Shown: positions 15,566 to 25,306 of the stretch, in pieces
Layout of the letters: every line of letters begins with the position of its first letter
How positions within the stretch are numbered: position 1 is the first letter of the stretch
DNA from: a virus
Taxonomy: Duplodnaviria; Caudoviricetes
Direction: 5' to 3' (one strand)
Virus record (IMG/VR): IMGVR_UViG_3300042922_000648
Coordinates: 1-40,012 of that record
DNA length: 40,012 bases
Program-made: the position numbers and the translations under genes
The notes under the pieces: model-generated
What the model saw: the letters and a program-made list of their open reading frames with translations, nothing else
Databases searched by the model: none
What the model was told of the DNA's origin: nothing

Positions 15566-15595
15566 AAATAAAGGCCCCTCCATAGGAGAGACCTT
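15566..15595 (-). terminator. Terminator after the secreted-protein gene
   Basis: AAGGTCTCTCC-TAT-GGAGGGGCCTT followed by TATTT. Confidence 0.6.
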
Positions 15596-15656
15596 CTTAG
15601 TTATAGGATATATCTGTTTGACCGCATTTAAACGACAGTTTTAGTGCGATTATTAG

Positions 15657-16172
15657 CTATTCGCCGAGTTGTGCTTTTATATCTGCGATAATCATTTCTG
15701 TTGTTGTAATTCGTGCCTGTAGATCTACAATGAAATTCTTTAATTCGGTTATATTTGATGATTCAGAATTTGCTTCAATTTCCGTCTCAGTCTGTGCGAT
15801 TACTTCGCGGTATTTAATAAGAGCACTTTCTCCAACATCAAGTTTGCTTCGCAAGGTTTCTTTTTCATCTTCGGTTAATACTCTCTTAGTTATCATCTCC
15901 ACTTTTGAATCCCCTACTGTAACCTTAGCATTACTTTCCATAATTATTGTCTTCCCCTCTACAGTCAGTCCCGTTCCTGTCGCCTCAGACAAAGCGCGTA
16001 CTGGTACGTATGCTGATCCGTTTATAATAACTGCGTCTGCAATCTTTGTCCCGTTTTGTTGTACAGAGAACAACCCTGTAACTTTAGCGCCTAATAATGA
16101 AGTGTTAGCTGCGTATCCAATTGAACTTCCAAACAGAAATGTAGCCACTACGAATCCGACAATTTTCTTCAA
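15657..16172 (-). CDS. Secreted protein with a copper-amine-oxidase-N-like (stalk) motif and coiled-coil
   Basis: Signal peptide KKIVGFVVATFLFGSSIGYA; IINGSAYVPVRALSEATG; GGAGGT RBS. Confidence 0.7.
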   Translation of the reverse strand: MKKIVGFVVATFLFGSSIGYAANTSLLGAKVTGLFSVQQNGTKIADAVIINGSAYVPVRALSEATGTGLTVEGKTIIMESNAKVTVGDSKVEMITKRVLTEDEKETLRSKLDVGESALIKYREVIAQTETEIEANSESSNITELKNFIVDLQARITTTEMIIADIKAQLGE

Positions 16173-16238
16173 ACTACTAACCTCCCGAATATTTTAGTAT
16201 CCTAATTATATCCAAGAGGTTTGTGACATGAAAGATAA

Positions 16239-18308
16239 TTATGAAACCCCGTATGTTCCTCCGCCGCTGTTTAGGTTATCGGGGTTTCCGTGATTATGAT
16301 TAGGTATAGTTACGCTATGGGAATGACTTATATCCGCTTTTCCAGCTATAGCTGCCCATATTGCATCAAGTTCCGATGCTGTAACGATTCGGTTTCCTGG
16401 CGAGGAAGAACCGACATATGCATAGAATCCCGGTTGGAGAATTACATCAAACGCACCTTTAACGACCGCATTCAATCCTGCATCAATTCGAACATCATTG
16501 GCCCCACGCATTTTAAATTCCTTTGTTCCAGATCCTGCGAATGATAGGAATGCCTCGTAAATACCAGGATCGACAAATTCCATTCGTCTATCATTTACAG
16601 CTCCTGCCAGTCCCATATACAAGTTATTCCCTACACGTGCATCCCTGGTGACATTGATATCTGTATCTGCTGTAATATCTCCACCGATGATATGACTAGC
16701 TCTTATGGTTGAAGAGATCACTTCACTGTTCTCCACTTCACCAGTCAATTTTATTGAGCGTGCAACCACGTTTCCTTTCATATCAACGCGGAATAATGCT
16801 GCATCAAATTCAGCATTGCCAGCTGCTAATCCTTTATAATTCAGGATGACAATATCGTTGCCTGATCCCGCACTTAAAGACTCGAAATTACCAATCTTCC
16901 CAATAATCCGTTCCCCTAAGATCCCATCCGCTGTAATTGCCGCCCGGATAGTTGCCCATCCATCTGTAGAAATGCCCAGGCCAGCAGCTGTAAGGCGAAC
17001 CTGCCGCAATGGATCATTCTTATCCTGGGCAAGGATACCGCCTTCCTCCGGGTATTTCAGTTCTGTCTTGGAGTTGTTAATATCGTGGACCGCTTGCTTC
17101 GCAAACTCTTCGAATGCACCAGCGCGTATTCTCCCGCCGCTGAAGATCTTTTCTACCGTCTTGACGCTATTCCCCAGGTTGGCAATGATATCCGTGAAAT
17201 CCTTGATGGCCACATTTGAAATCATAACTTGAGCATGTTTCTCTTTGGTATACGGATACTCTGTCAGATCCATGATCCGGGCAACCATGTTGTTCATTTC
17301 CATCTTGGGATCATAACAATAGACGGTATCTCCTAGATCGGGTGCCGGTTCTTCATTATCAATCTTAAAGAGATCTGCTCCATCTACGCTGATTTCAAAA
17401 TCCGGAATCTCCTTAATTCGAAGGGTCTTCCTGGCAACTTCCAGCAGATCAGCTACAGCCTTTGCTAAATCGTTACTCGGGTCGATATCCTGTTCGATAA
17501 TCTCGCCGTCAAAGAACGGAACCGAATCACTGGACCAATGATGGACAAAAGGGGAAATCAAGTAATTTACTTGGAGGATGCCGTTCACAATCGCCCCAGG
17601 TACGGCCTCCAGCAGCGCCCGCTCCTCGTTTGTGAGGATTGTTGCGGGTTGGCCTATCCATGTCATTCCGTCCTTCATTTGGGCGAACAGACGCGTTGTG
17701 ATCGCTGTCGTATTGTCCTTGAATTGGTCAGAAACGATATTTTTCTTGAGCCGGTACTGCATCCCTTTGTCTGTGCCGATTTTCTTTTTGAGGTGGATTA
17801 CAAAGTTATCCGGCTTCATTTCACATCGATACAGATTGATAATGGATTCCAACGCGTCCCTACAATGCCCTGCCCCGAAGTCCTTCACATCCATTAGATC
17901 AAATGAATCGTCAATGCTGAAAGTGAACCTGCCCCCGGTAGCCGCCGTAATTCGGTTCGTTAATTCTGAAATATGAACGCCGAAGCCTTCTCTGATGTAT
18001 GAACCATAAGGAAACTTGAAGTCCGCTAGCTTATGGAAAATATGTCTGCAATAGAAAGAGCACAACAGCTTCAGTCCGTCCCGGATTCTGGATCGAGACT
18101 CTATGACATAATATTGACCTCGCTCATCCTGGATGTGACCCTTCAGTTCAAGTTTCTCCTGGTAATCCTCGGAAGTCATAGGTACGGTAAATGTGATTTC
18201 ATCATCGGAATTGATCTTTCTTTTTCGCTGCACATCATAGGCGGAAACAAGCAGCCCCACTCTAACTAAATTCTTATCCAGTGACTCAAGATACCTTTGA
18301 TTTGCCAT
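16239..18308 (-). CDS. Tail tip/hub protein (prophage endopeptidase tail family)
   Basis: Follows Dit; KKKIGTDKGMQYRLKKNI, TTRLF, LGDTVYCYD, GLGISTDGW..AAITADG. Confidence 0.8.
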   Translation of the reverse strand: MANQRYLESLDKNLVRVGLLVSAYDVQRKRKINSDDEITFTVPMTSEDYQEKLELKGHIQDERGQYYVIESRSRIRDGLKLLCSFYCRHIFHKLADFKFPYGSYIREGFGVHISELTNRITAATGGRFTFSIDDSFDLMDVKDFGAGHCRDALESIINLYRCEMKPDNFVIHLKKKIGTDKGMQYRLKKNIVSDQFKDNTTAITTRLFAQMKDGMTWIGQPATILTNEERALLEAVPGAIVNGILQVNYLISPFVHHWSSDSVPFFDGEIIEQDIDPSNDLAKAVADLLEVARKTLRIKEIPDFEISVDGADLFKIDNEEPAPDLGDTVYCYDPKMEMNNMVARIMDLTEYPYTKEKHAQVMISNVAIKDFTDIIANLGNSVKTVEKIFSGGRIRAGAFEEFAKQAVHDINNSKTELKYPEEGGILAQDKNDPLRQVRLTAAGLGISTDGWATIRAAITADGILGERIIGKIGNFESLSAGSGNDIVILNYKGLAAGNAEFDAALFRVDMKGNVVARSIKLTGEVENSEVISSTIRASHIIGGDITADTDINVTRDARVGNNLYMGLAGAVNDRRMEFVDPGIYEAFLSFAGSGTKEFKMRGANDVRIDAGLNAVVKGAFDVILQPGFYAYVGSSSPGNRIVTASELDAIWAAIAGKADISHSHSVTIPNHNHGNPDNLNSGGGTYGVS

Positions 18309-18327
18309 TTTCGCACTCTCCTTTTGG

Positions 18328-19134
18328 TTAATACAGGTATTTATACCGATATATAAATTCAATTGTGGTGTTAATTAACTCCGCTTGCGCTACGACTTTT
18401 GTATTCCCTGGACTTAATTCGAAAAACACTCCGTTGGATCTTCCGTAGACACTCTCCCCATTAAGGCGAACCCTGCACTTTTGAGGGTTACAATCGATCT
18501 CCAAAATGTCTGAGGCTCCCGTAGAACCCGAGAAGGTGAAGGTCTGTCCCTTTGCCGTTAACGATAGATTTGTAAAAGCGCCTGTGATGCGAATCAAAGG
18601 TTCGGCTGTTTCAGTTCCTTCGTTTTCAACAATCATGGTCTGGCCGCTGGATGTAACCGTGAAATAGGAGGAGCCTTGATATCGATATCCCTCGCCATAG
18701 GACACCCCTTCTCCGTACCTTCGAATTTCCGTGGTATGAATCGACTCCGGCCATGGATTGTGCATTTTAATGGGGATCGTCACATTACCATCGAATATGA
18801 TTTTTTCAATAGGTAGGCTTCCTGCATATCGCCCCATATATCGTTTATCCGGTATATCTGAAAACGTAAAGATAATATCGCCTTTTTTAGCATCAAAAAG
18901 AGCCGCCACCAAGGCGACTCTCCGTTGATAATCCAGGGTTGAATCATCGGCCATAAGGACACATTCTAAATCAAATGTCCTTGGCCCGTAAGTGGAACCG
19001 AAATCCGTTTCTCCGTCTGCTCCAGCTATAGAGAGGCTGTTCTCAACGGTTGGAGGCAGGACAGGAATATTGTGTTTCACTAGTCCTAGCCCCAAAGATT
19101 CGAAAGTTGAACCGTCTGCCGTAGCGATAATCAT
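18328..19134 (-). CDS. Distal tail protein (Dit)
   Basis: Follows the TMP; SIAGADGE.DFGSTYGPRTF.L, F.D.PDK.Y, ENEGT..AEPLI.ITG, FFELSPGN. Confidence 0.85.
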   Translation of the reverse strand: MIIATADGSTFESLGLGLVKHNIPVLPPTVENSLSIAGADGETDFGSTYGPRTFDLECVLMADDSTLDYQRRVALVAALFDAKKGDIIFTFSDIPDKRYMGRYAGSLPIEKIIFDGNVTIPIKMHNPWPESIHTTEIRRYGEGVSYGEGYRYQGSSYFTVTSSGQTMIVENEGTETAEPLIRITGAFTNLSLTAKGQTFTFSGSTGASDILEIDCNPQKCRVRLNGESVYGRSNGVFFELSPGNTKVVAQAELINTTIEFIYRYKYLY

Positions 19135-22100
19135 TTTTGTTGTCTCTCCCCCATTCGGCGTGCTACATTTTCTTTTTCATCCCAGAAGATCCTAGCATCG
19201 GAAGCATCTTGAATTGTAACGGGACCTGAGGAAACGCTGTTGTGGTAGGTGTTGTTGTATATGGTTTGGTTTGTTTTAGAATAGTCATTTGATTTTCCGG
19301 GTATAGCAAAGTTGAATGATGGCATCGTGAAGTTCAACAATTTGAATAGGTTGCTCTGCTGCCGGTCATTAAGAATGACCTCTCCGGCATGCGCTTCTAC
19401 CATCGTAGATGCACCGCGCGGACCTTTAACTTCTCCACCCTCTGAAAAGCTTTGAAGTTTCCCGGTATCCTTTACAATGCTATATTTCTTTCGCAGCTCC
19501 TCGTTACGCGCTGCAAGTCGGTCCATTTCCGCTTTGTTTTTTACTGCTTTGGCCGCGTCCCAGGCATCCTTATTGGCATTGTATTCAATTAAGTCGCGCT
19601 GCTTCTGTGAGACATAAGATGATACACCGGAGGCCGCTGAGCCACTCACAGTAGGCGACAGGGTGGTAATTGCACTCATCTTCCCTTGATAGTCCGCGAT
19701 GAACTGATCCAGCTGAGCAAGGATCTCCGCATTCTTCTCCGATTCCTTCAGCACTTGGATATTCTTCAAGACCTCAGCGCGGTTTGCGGTGTCTGACGAG
19801 AAACTATCAAAAGCCGATATCAGATCCTCATAGTGAGATTTAGCCGTTTCGATATCCTTATCAAAGGCGGACTTTTTCGCGTCCTTTTCGTCCTGGAGGG
19901 CTTGTTTCTGTTCTTCAAGGCTACGCTTTGCCAATTCCCGCTCGTGGTCCAATTGCAGCTTTTCAATATCCTTCTGGACCTGCACTCGTTCGGCAATCCC
20001 GTCTGGACCAACCGCCGAAGCCAACAGAGCCAGCCGTGCTTGTTTTTCCGATAAGGCCGTGGCAAAGTCCACATCTTCGTTAAGCTCTTGAGTCTTGCTG
20101 ATTAAATCATCGATTGCTTTAATCTCTGCATCCTTACCGGCTACATAAGCATCCCGTTCAGCTTCGATGGCTTTAATTGCTGCGTCACGGGTAGACTCGA
20201 TTTTAGTTTTATAGGTCGAAGCCAAGGTGTCAACGGCCTTACCTTCATCCTCAATCAGTTTCTGCCGAAGGGTATACACCTGCTCGTCAGCTTCCATGCG
20301 CTCTTCTGAGCCAACCCGGTACATGGCTTGGGTTTTTATCCACTCCTGCAACTCCTGTGCTGTAGTGACCTCTCCCACAGCCTTACGGTGGTTCAAGTCT
20401 TTCTGCCAATCCGAATATTGCTGCTCCATCAGAGTTTTCTTTTGCTCGTATATATTCTGCTCCAGAGCAAAACTTTGTTCTGCAGACCGATTCTTATCCG
20501 CAAACATACGCTCATAGGCTTGTAGCTCCATGGTGATGATTTCTTTTTTACTTTTTCCGGCCATCTCCATTTTCTTAGCTTCTTTATCGATCCAGTTCGT
20601 GGAGTTGGTATAACGAAGCTCATTGTATTGCTTCGTCAGGTCGTATACTTGCTTATCTGCTTCGGCCTTTTGTTCGCCGGTCAGGTAGGCTTTTTTCGAT
20701 TCTTTGGTGTAAAAATCAAGTGTGGCCTTTACGATCTCGATCTCCTGAAGGTTTGCCTGACGCATTCGTTCGGTTTTCTTATCCAGTCCAGCAACGTCTT
20801 CGGTGTACCGCTCATCACTGAGCGCTATGACGTCCCGGCTCCACTGCTTCATAGCATCTTTATCTTCGGCCAAAAAAGCAGCATGCCGCTTCTTCAGGCG
20901 TTCGTAACCGGCTGCTTGCTGATCAATGGTCCAGTTCTGGCGTTCCGCGATGTACTTGAAATTGTCCAAATCATTAGCATAGGCTTCTTTACGTGCATCC
21001 GCTGCGGTCTTGGCTGCTTTATCAGCTTCGCTCTTCCCGCTACTGCTCTTCTTATCCTTATCGGCGGCTGCGCCAAAGCCAGGATCTTTATATAGCTTAC
21101 TCAGAGCGTTGATCTTGTCATAGTACCCCTGGGAGTCATATACGAAGCTTTGATATATCGTGTCGATTTCATCCAACTGCGCTTTGTCTTGCGCTGCTTT
21201 TGCATCCAGTGCCGCTTGCGCATTTTTCTGGAATGCTGGATTGAAGTTCCGAGCGTCTTCAGGGTCGTTCAAAGTGCTTCCTGCACTGGAAGCAGAAACT
21301 TCCGCCTTGACCCCGTTCAACTTCGCTTTCAATTGGGCCAGATCCTTGATTGCTGAAGCCTCAATTCCGTAAGCCTTCAAACGGTCATTGGTCGCGATTT
21401 TAGTATTGAACGCCGAGGCTTGTTCAGATTTCAGGTCGTCAATGGCTTTTTGAATCTTTGCTTTTCGCAATAACTCAACAGCGTCCTTCTCAAAGGCCCA
21501 GCCATCCGCAGTCTTATATATTTCCGTGGCTAATTGTGGATACTTGAGAATCAATTCAGCTGCATTAGAAGCATTGAGTGACTGTCCATCTGCCAGCTCT
21601 TTGAGCAGGCTGTTAACTTCACTTATGGCGGTTCCGTTTCCTTCAATCTGCTCACGCAAATCTGCTAGCTTCTCGTTCATATCCGTTAAACTTTCGGAAG
21701 CCGTACCTGCATTGCCGTCAAGTTGATCAATGCCTTCTACTGCCAATTCGGCAATTTGAACATTTACTCCCGCCGATGCATCCTTAAGTTTGTTCTGCTC
21801 AACCGTCAATGCCTTGAGCTTTTCGGAGAGTTTTTCAACAGCTGCCACTTGCTGCAAAGCAACTTCAGCATTAAACCCTACATCTTTGGCATTCGCTAAC
21901 ATTTTCTTCGCACTTTCAATTTCGGTTTGTTTGGCTTCCAATTGCTTTTGTATGGAGTCCTTTTGATCTAACAGAACATTTCTCCGGGCTTCATTTTGTT
22001 TTTGGATTAAATTATTGAGAGCATTAATCTGAATTTTGACAGCTTCATCGGTGTACTTCGCCGCATCTAATTGTCTTGCTCCTTCATCGCCCAGCGTGAT

Positions 22101-24560
22101 AACCAACGCTTGAGAGACTTCATCCAATTGCTTTTTGACTTTGGCTTGTTTGCCCGCTGAGAGCGTTCCGGAATCCATGGATTGTTGCAAAGAATTATGA
22201 GCATTGACCAACTTAGGCAACAGTTCCACTTGCCGCTGATACTGGCTAATCATTTGCTGGCTCGCTGCATCTACGTCTTTCAATTCCTGAATATGATCCC
22301 GATCTTCCTTTGCGGCCTTACCTTTCTGGAAGATGTATATGGCTATGGCGCCCGCCAAAAGAGAAAGCCCAGCCGTTGCAGCGGCCATCGTTACTGTTGA
22401 AGTCGCTTGTGCCGCTGTCATGGCTACCGTAGCCGCTGTGGCGCCTTCTGTGGCTACTGTCAGAGTACCTTGAGCGACTACCGCCCCCTCGGTTGCAACC
22501 GTCCTAGCAACCGTAGACAGTGTCGCTCCTTGCGCGGATACGATGTTCACTTCATTGGCTACCGTACTTGTCGCTACAGCTGCTGTTTCGGCGGTCTTGG
22601 CTGCGGTTAGCACTCCAACGGCTGTTACCACATTCATAATCGGTGCTCTTAGCGTCTTGTACGCTAGCAGCAATCCGGCTAACGCCGCCGTTCCCTCGAA
22701 GACTCCTGCTGGGACCTTGGTTAATCCGATAAGCAGCTGATCTATCGTATCAAGGACATCTTTAATCGTCTTGCGGAGTCCATCATCACCAGCATTATTG
22801 AATATCTCCAGTAAGGAGGCTTTAGTCTGTGCCGCTTTCCGGCTAATCGTATCCATTTGCACCTTGAGATACTCTAACGTGGAGCCAGTAGAGCCGATAG
22901 ATGATGCCGTTCCCAGGAGGATGTCCCCGGCGTTGAGAGACGCTGCTAACTTCGCATATTGATATACCCCGCGAGAAATATCTGCATACGATTTGGTTAG
23001 GTCGTAATTCTTATCGATAACCTTAGTGGACAAATCGATGAGAATATCGTCCGCTCTGCGCCATTGTTCAGTGCCGTCAACAACTTCCTTTGTGGCAACT
23101 CCAAGGCTTTCAATTTCAGCAACGGCTTTATCCGTCCGGATCGTACCGAGAACGGTCTTCCACATGTTACCCAGGTTCTCTCCTGATAACGCAGTGTTTC
23201 GAATACCGGAAGAGATCAAACCATTCATAACGTCAAAACTAACACCTGTCTCAGCAGCAATCTTCCCTGTCCGTTCAAACGCTGCTCCCAAGTCCTTCGC
23301 CGGAGCCATGGTGTCATGAGCCACTTTCGACCAAGAGTCAAGGATACGTCCGCCCATCACAGCGGCATCATTCGCGTTCTCAATCTGTACGCCATACTGT
23401 GCAAGTGTAGATTCCATACTCTTTGTAGCGTCTTCAAGGCTCACCAGATCGACTGTGGACAGCATGGTGGACTTCCGCACCATTTCCTGAACAATCTCTG
23501 CATCTTTGTACATGCGGCCCCATAGACGCGCTGATTCGGTTACATCAGTAATCTCAGCACCTAAGTCATGTGCGGTATGAATAAATTTGGTTGTTTCCTC
23601 ATGTAGTAGCTTGGTATTCATCACCGCTTCTTTAGATCCTTCGTTGTACATCAAGAAATACTTTTCGTTCGTCTGTACATAGCCGGCCATGTTGGATTCT
23701 ATATCAACGAGACCTTCTTTCATGGCTTGCTGTACTTCGTGGATGCCCCTATAGACCGTATTGAATACAATGGCGTGTGCTGCCATCTGCTGCAGTCTGG
23801 AAGCCCATGACGAAGTAGTTGTGGACATGTCTCCACTAACACTAGAACCGGAAACCGTACTGGTCTGTTTGGCGGTCTGTTCCATTGCGCGGCGAATCTT
23901 CTGCTCTTCCTGAAGAACTCTTTCACGCATTTGCGCTTCTTTGATTTCTCGGGTTCGTAATGCCTTAATCCAAAACTGCTCATATGCTGAGGCATTGGCC
24001 CGGGCTTGCTGGCTTTCTGTCTCTCCGAGCTGAACCAACTTGCGCCGGATGGATTGTTCTTGCATTAAGACGCGTTCTCGCGTGCTATCTGCTGAACTGG
24101 AACCACTGGCTGTAGTTGTTTTTAATGCGCTGGCCGCTGCTTTGTTTCTCAGTGTCTCCAATCTTAGCTGATGCTCTCGCTCTTGCTGTTCTATGATATC
24201 CTCACGGCGCTTTACAATTGCTTGCTGCGCTTGAAGTTTGCTGTCCACGACCTTATTGGTTTGATCCAATTGTTGTTTTTTGGCCTGGATCAGCTCCGTT
24301 TGCGCCTTGCGCTGTGCAACCAGCGCGTTCGATTCGGACATGACCTTCTTTTTGCGCTCATCGGAATTCATGACCATTTTATCCATTGACTTTGCCAAAT
24401 TTACATAGGTCTTTTCAGTTTTGACAAGTTCCGCATTCAATGTCTTGAAGGAGTCGGCGTTCTTCTTTGCGCCTGTATCAATCGTTTTGAATGCTGGCGA
24501 AATTTTGGTAATGTCCAGCTTGACTCTTGCACCGACAACATCCTTGTTAATATCTGTCAA
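19131..24560 (-). CDS. Tail tape measure protein
   Basis: 1809 aa, helical; TMP core (DLGAAFERTG..AAETGVSFD...SGENLGNMWKTVL); position after the chaperones. Confidence 0.93.
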   Translation of the reverse strand: MTDINKDVVGARVKLDITKISPAFKTIDTGAKKNADSFKTLNAELVKTEKTYVNLAKSMDKMVMNSDERKKKVMSESNALVAQRKAQTELIQAKKQQLDQTNKVVDSKLQAQQAIVKRREDIIEQQEREHQLRLETLRNKAAASALKTTTASGSSSADSTRERVLMQEQSIRRKLVQLGETESQQARANASAYEQFWIKALRTREIKEAQMRERVLQEEQKIRRAMEQTAKQTSTVSGSSVSGDMSTTTSSWASRLQQMAAHAIVFNTVYRGIHEVQQAMKEGLVDIESNMAGYVQTNEKYFLMYNEGSKEAVMNTKLLHEETTKFIHTAHDLGAEITDVTESARLWGRMYKDAEIVQEMVRKSTMLSTVDLVSLEDATKSMESTLAQYGVQIENANDAAVMGGRILDSWSKVAHDTMAPAKDLGAAFERTGKIAAETGVSFDVMNGLISSGIRNTALSGENLGNMWKTVLGTIRTDKAVAEIESLGVATKEVVDGTEQWRRADDILIDLSTKVIDKNYDLTKSYADISRGVYQYAKLAASLNAGDILLGTASSIGSTGSTLEYLKVQMDTISRKAAQTKASLLEIFNNAGDDGLRKTIKDVLDTIDQLLIGLTKVPAGVFEGTAALAGLLLAYKTLRAPIMNVVTAVGVLTAAKTAETAAVATSTVANEVNIVSAQGATLSTVARTVATEGAVVAQGTLTVATEGATAATVAMTAAQATSTVTMAAATAGLSLLAGAIAIYIFQKGKAAKEDRDHIQELKDVDAASQQMISQYQRQVELLPKLVNAHNSLQQSMDSGTLSAGKQAKVKKQLDEVSQALVITLGDEGARQLDAAKYTDEAVKIQINALNNLIQKQNEARRNVLLDQKDSIQKQLEAKQTEIESAKKMLANAKDVGFNAEVALQQVAAVEKLSEKLKALTVEQNKLKDASAGVNVQIAELAVEGIDQLDGNAGTASESLTDMNEKLADLREQIEGNGTAISEVNSLLKELADGQSLNASNAAELILKYPQLATEIYKTADGWAFEKDAVELLRKAKIQKAIDDLKSEQASAFNTKIATNDRLKAYGIEASAIKDLAQLKAKLNGVKAEVSASSAGSTLNDPEDARNFNPAFQKNAQAALDAKAAQDKAQLDEIDTIYQSFVYDSQGYYDKINALSKLYKDPGFGAAADKDKKSSSGKSEADKAAKTAADARKEAYANDLDNFKYIAERQNWTIDQQAAGYERLKKRHAAFLAEDKDAMKQWSRDVIALSDERYTEDVAGLDKKTERMRQANLQEIEIVKATLDFYTKESKKAYLTGEQKAEADKQVYDLTKQYNELRYTNSTNWIDKEAKKMEMAGKSKKEIITMELQAYERMFADKNRSAEQSFALEQNIYEQKKTLMEQQYSDWQKDLNHRKAVGEVTTAQELQEWIKTQAMYRVGSEERMEADEQVYTLRQKLIEDEGKAVDTLASTYKTKIESTRDAAIKAIEAERDAYVAGKDAEIKAIDDLISKTQELNEDVDFATALSEKQARLALLASAVGPDGIAERVQVQKDIEKLQLDHERELAKRSLEEQKQALQDEKDAKKSAFDKDIETAKSHYEDLISAFDSFSSDTANRAEVLKNIQVLKESEKNAEILAQLDQFIADYQGKMSAITTLSPTVSGSAASGVSSYVSQKQRDLIEYNANKDAWDAAKAVKNKAEMDRLAARNEELRKKYSIVKDTGKLQSFSEGGEVKGPRGASTMVEAHAGEVILNDRQQSNLFKLLNFTMPSFNFAIPGKSNDYSKTNQTIYNNTYHNSVSSGPVTIQDASDARIFWDEKENVARRMGERQQK

Positions 24561-24613
24561 AGGTAATTCACCCCTTTATAGTTCAGTAAGGAAATTTTTC
24601 CTTAGTGTAGAAA

Positions 24614-24659
24614 CGGAAATAAGGGGTCTCCTTCACTGCGAAGGGACCCCTTATTTCCG
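24614..24659 (-). terminator. Long hairpin / possible terminator just upstream of the TMP gene
   Basis: CGGAAATAAGGGGTC/GACCCCTTATTTCCG plus inner CCTTC/GAAGG; short TTT tail on the minus strand. Confidence 0.55.
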
Positions 24660-24670
24660 AATGTATATAT

Positions 24671-24874
24671 TCACCTATTGAACGCACCCATGATCTGCGC
24701 AATTCCACTGCGAGTTAACGTTTGCGGCTCTTCCACTTCGCCGCCATGCAATCGAATCTGCTCTTTCATTTCCTCGTTCATGTCATCAAATATAGCGATC
24801 ACTTCATACCAGTTATGATCATGCCAAGGTTTGGAAAGTCTTCGGCGTGAGAGGCGACCATAGAGTTCTTCCAT
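24671..24874 (-). CDS. Tail assembly chaperone C-terminal extension (gpT-like), probably reached by frameshift
   Basis: No well-spaced RBS; its frame is open back to the end of the upstream chaperone gene. Confidence 0.6.
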   Translation of the reverse strand: MEELYGRLSRRRLSKPWHDHNWYEVIAIFDDMNEEMKEQIRLHGGEVEEPQTLTRSGIAQIMGAFNR

Positions 24875-24935
24875 GGTAAGGGGTTTGCTTTCTTCCCCCT
24901 CCTTCGCCTTTCCTCGACTTTTTCGTTCCGGTCCA

Positions 24936-25247
24936 TTACTTATAGAAGAGAAATCGCTCTACGGCTTCCTCCAGGACCTCCGGAATGAACTCCTCAATTC
25001 CTGAGCGCTCAAACCCTTCGATGAACACCATATTGAGGATCTCCGTCCATTTATTAAATGTAGCTTCCTGTTCTTCTCCCTCTTGAAAAACAGCTGCGTG
25101 CTTGATCCGCGACAAGCCATCTTTATAGAGCGAGCCGACTTCTTTGATTTGCTTGATACTGCCCACCCGAAGGGTCTTTTTCACATCTGCCGAAAGTTGA
25201 ATAGATGGGCCAATACCCATAATCAAATCCATTTTTTCTTGTTCCAC
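24936..25247 (-). CDS. Tail assembly chaperone (gpG-like)
   Basis: Between major tail and TMP; GTG start with GGAGG RBS. Confidence 0.7.
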   Translation of the reverse strand: MEQEKMDLIMGIGPSIQLSADVKKTLRVGSIKQIKEVGSLYKDGLSRIKHAAVFQEGEEQEATFNKWTEILNMVFIEGFERSGIEEFIPEVLEEAVERFLFYK

Positions 25248-25306
25248 AATTAATTCCTCCCGAATATTTGAAATAGATATACAGGGGCTGATCGCCCCCA
25301 TAGGCC

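Noticed and set aside
22380-22630. Ala/Thr-rich quasi-repeats (VATEGA) in the TMP gene
   Set aside because: Ordinary low-complexity tape measure coding sequence, not an array.
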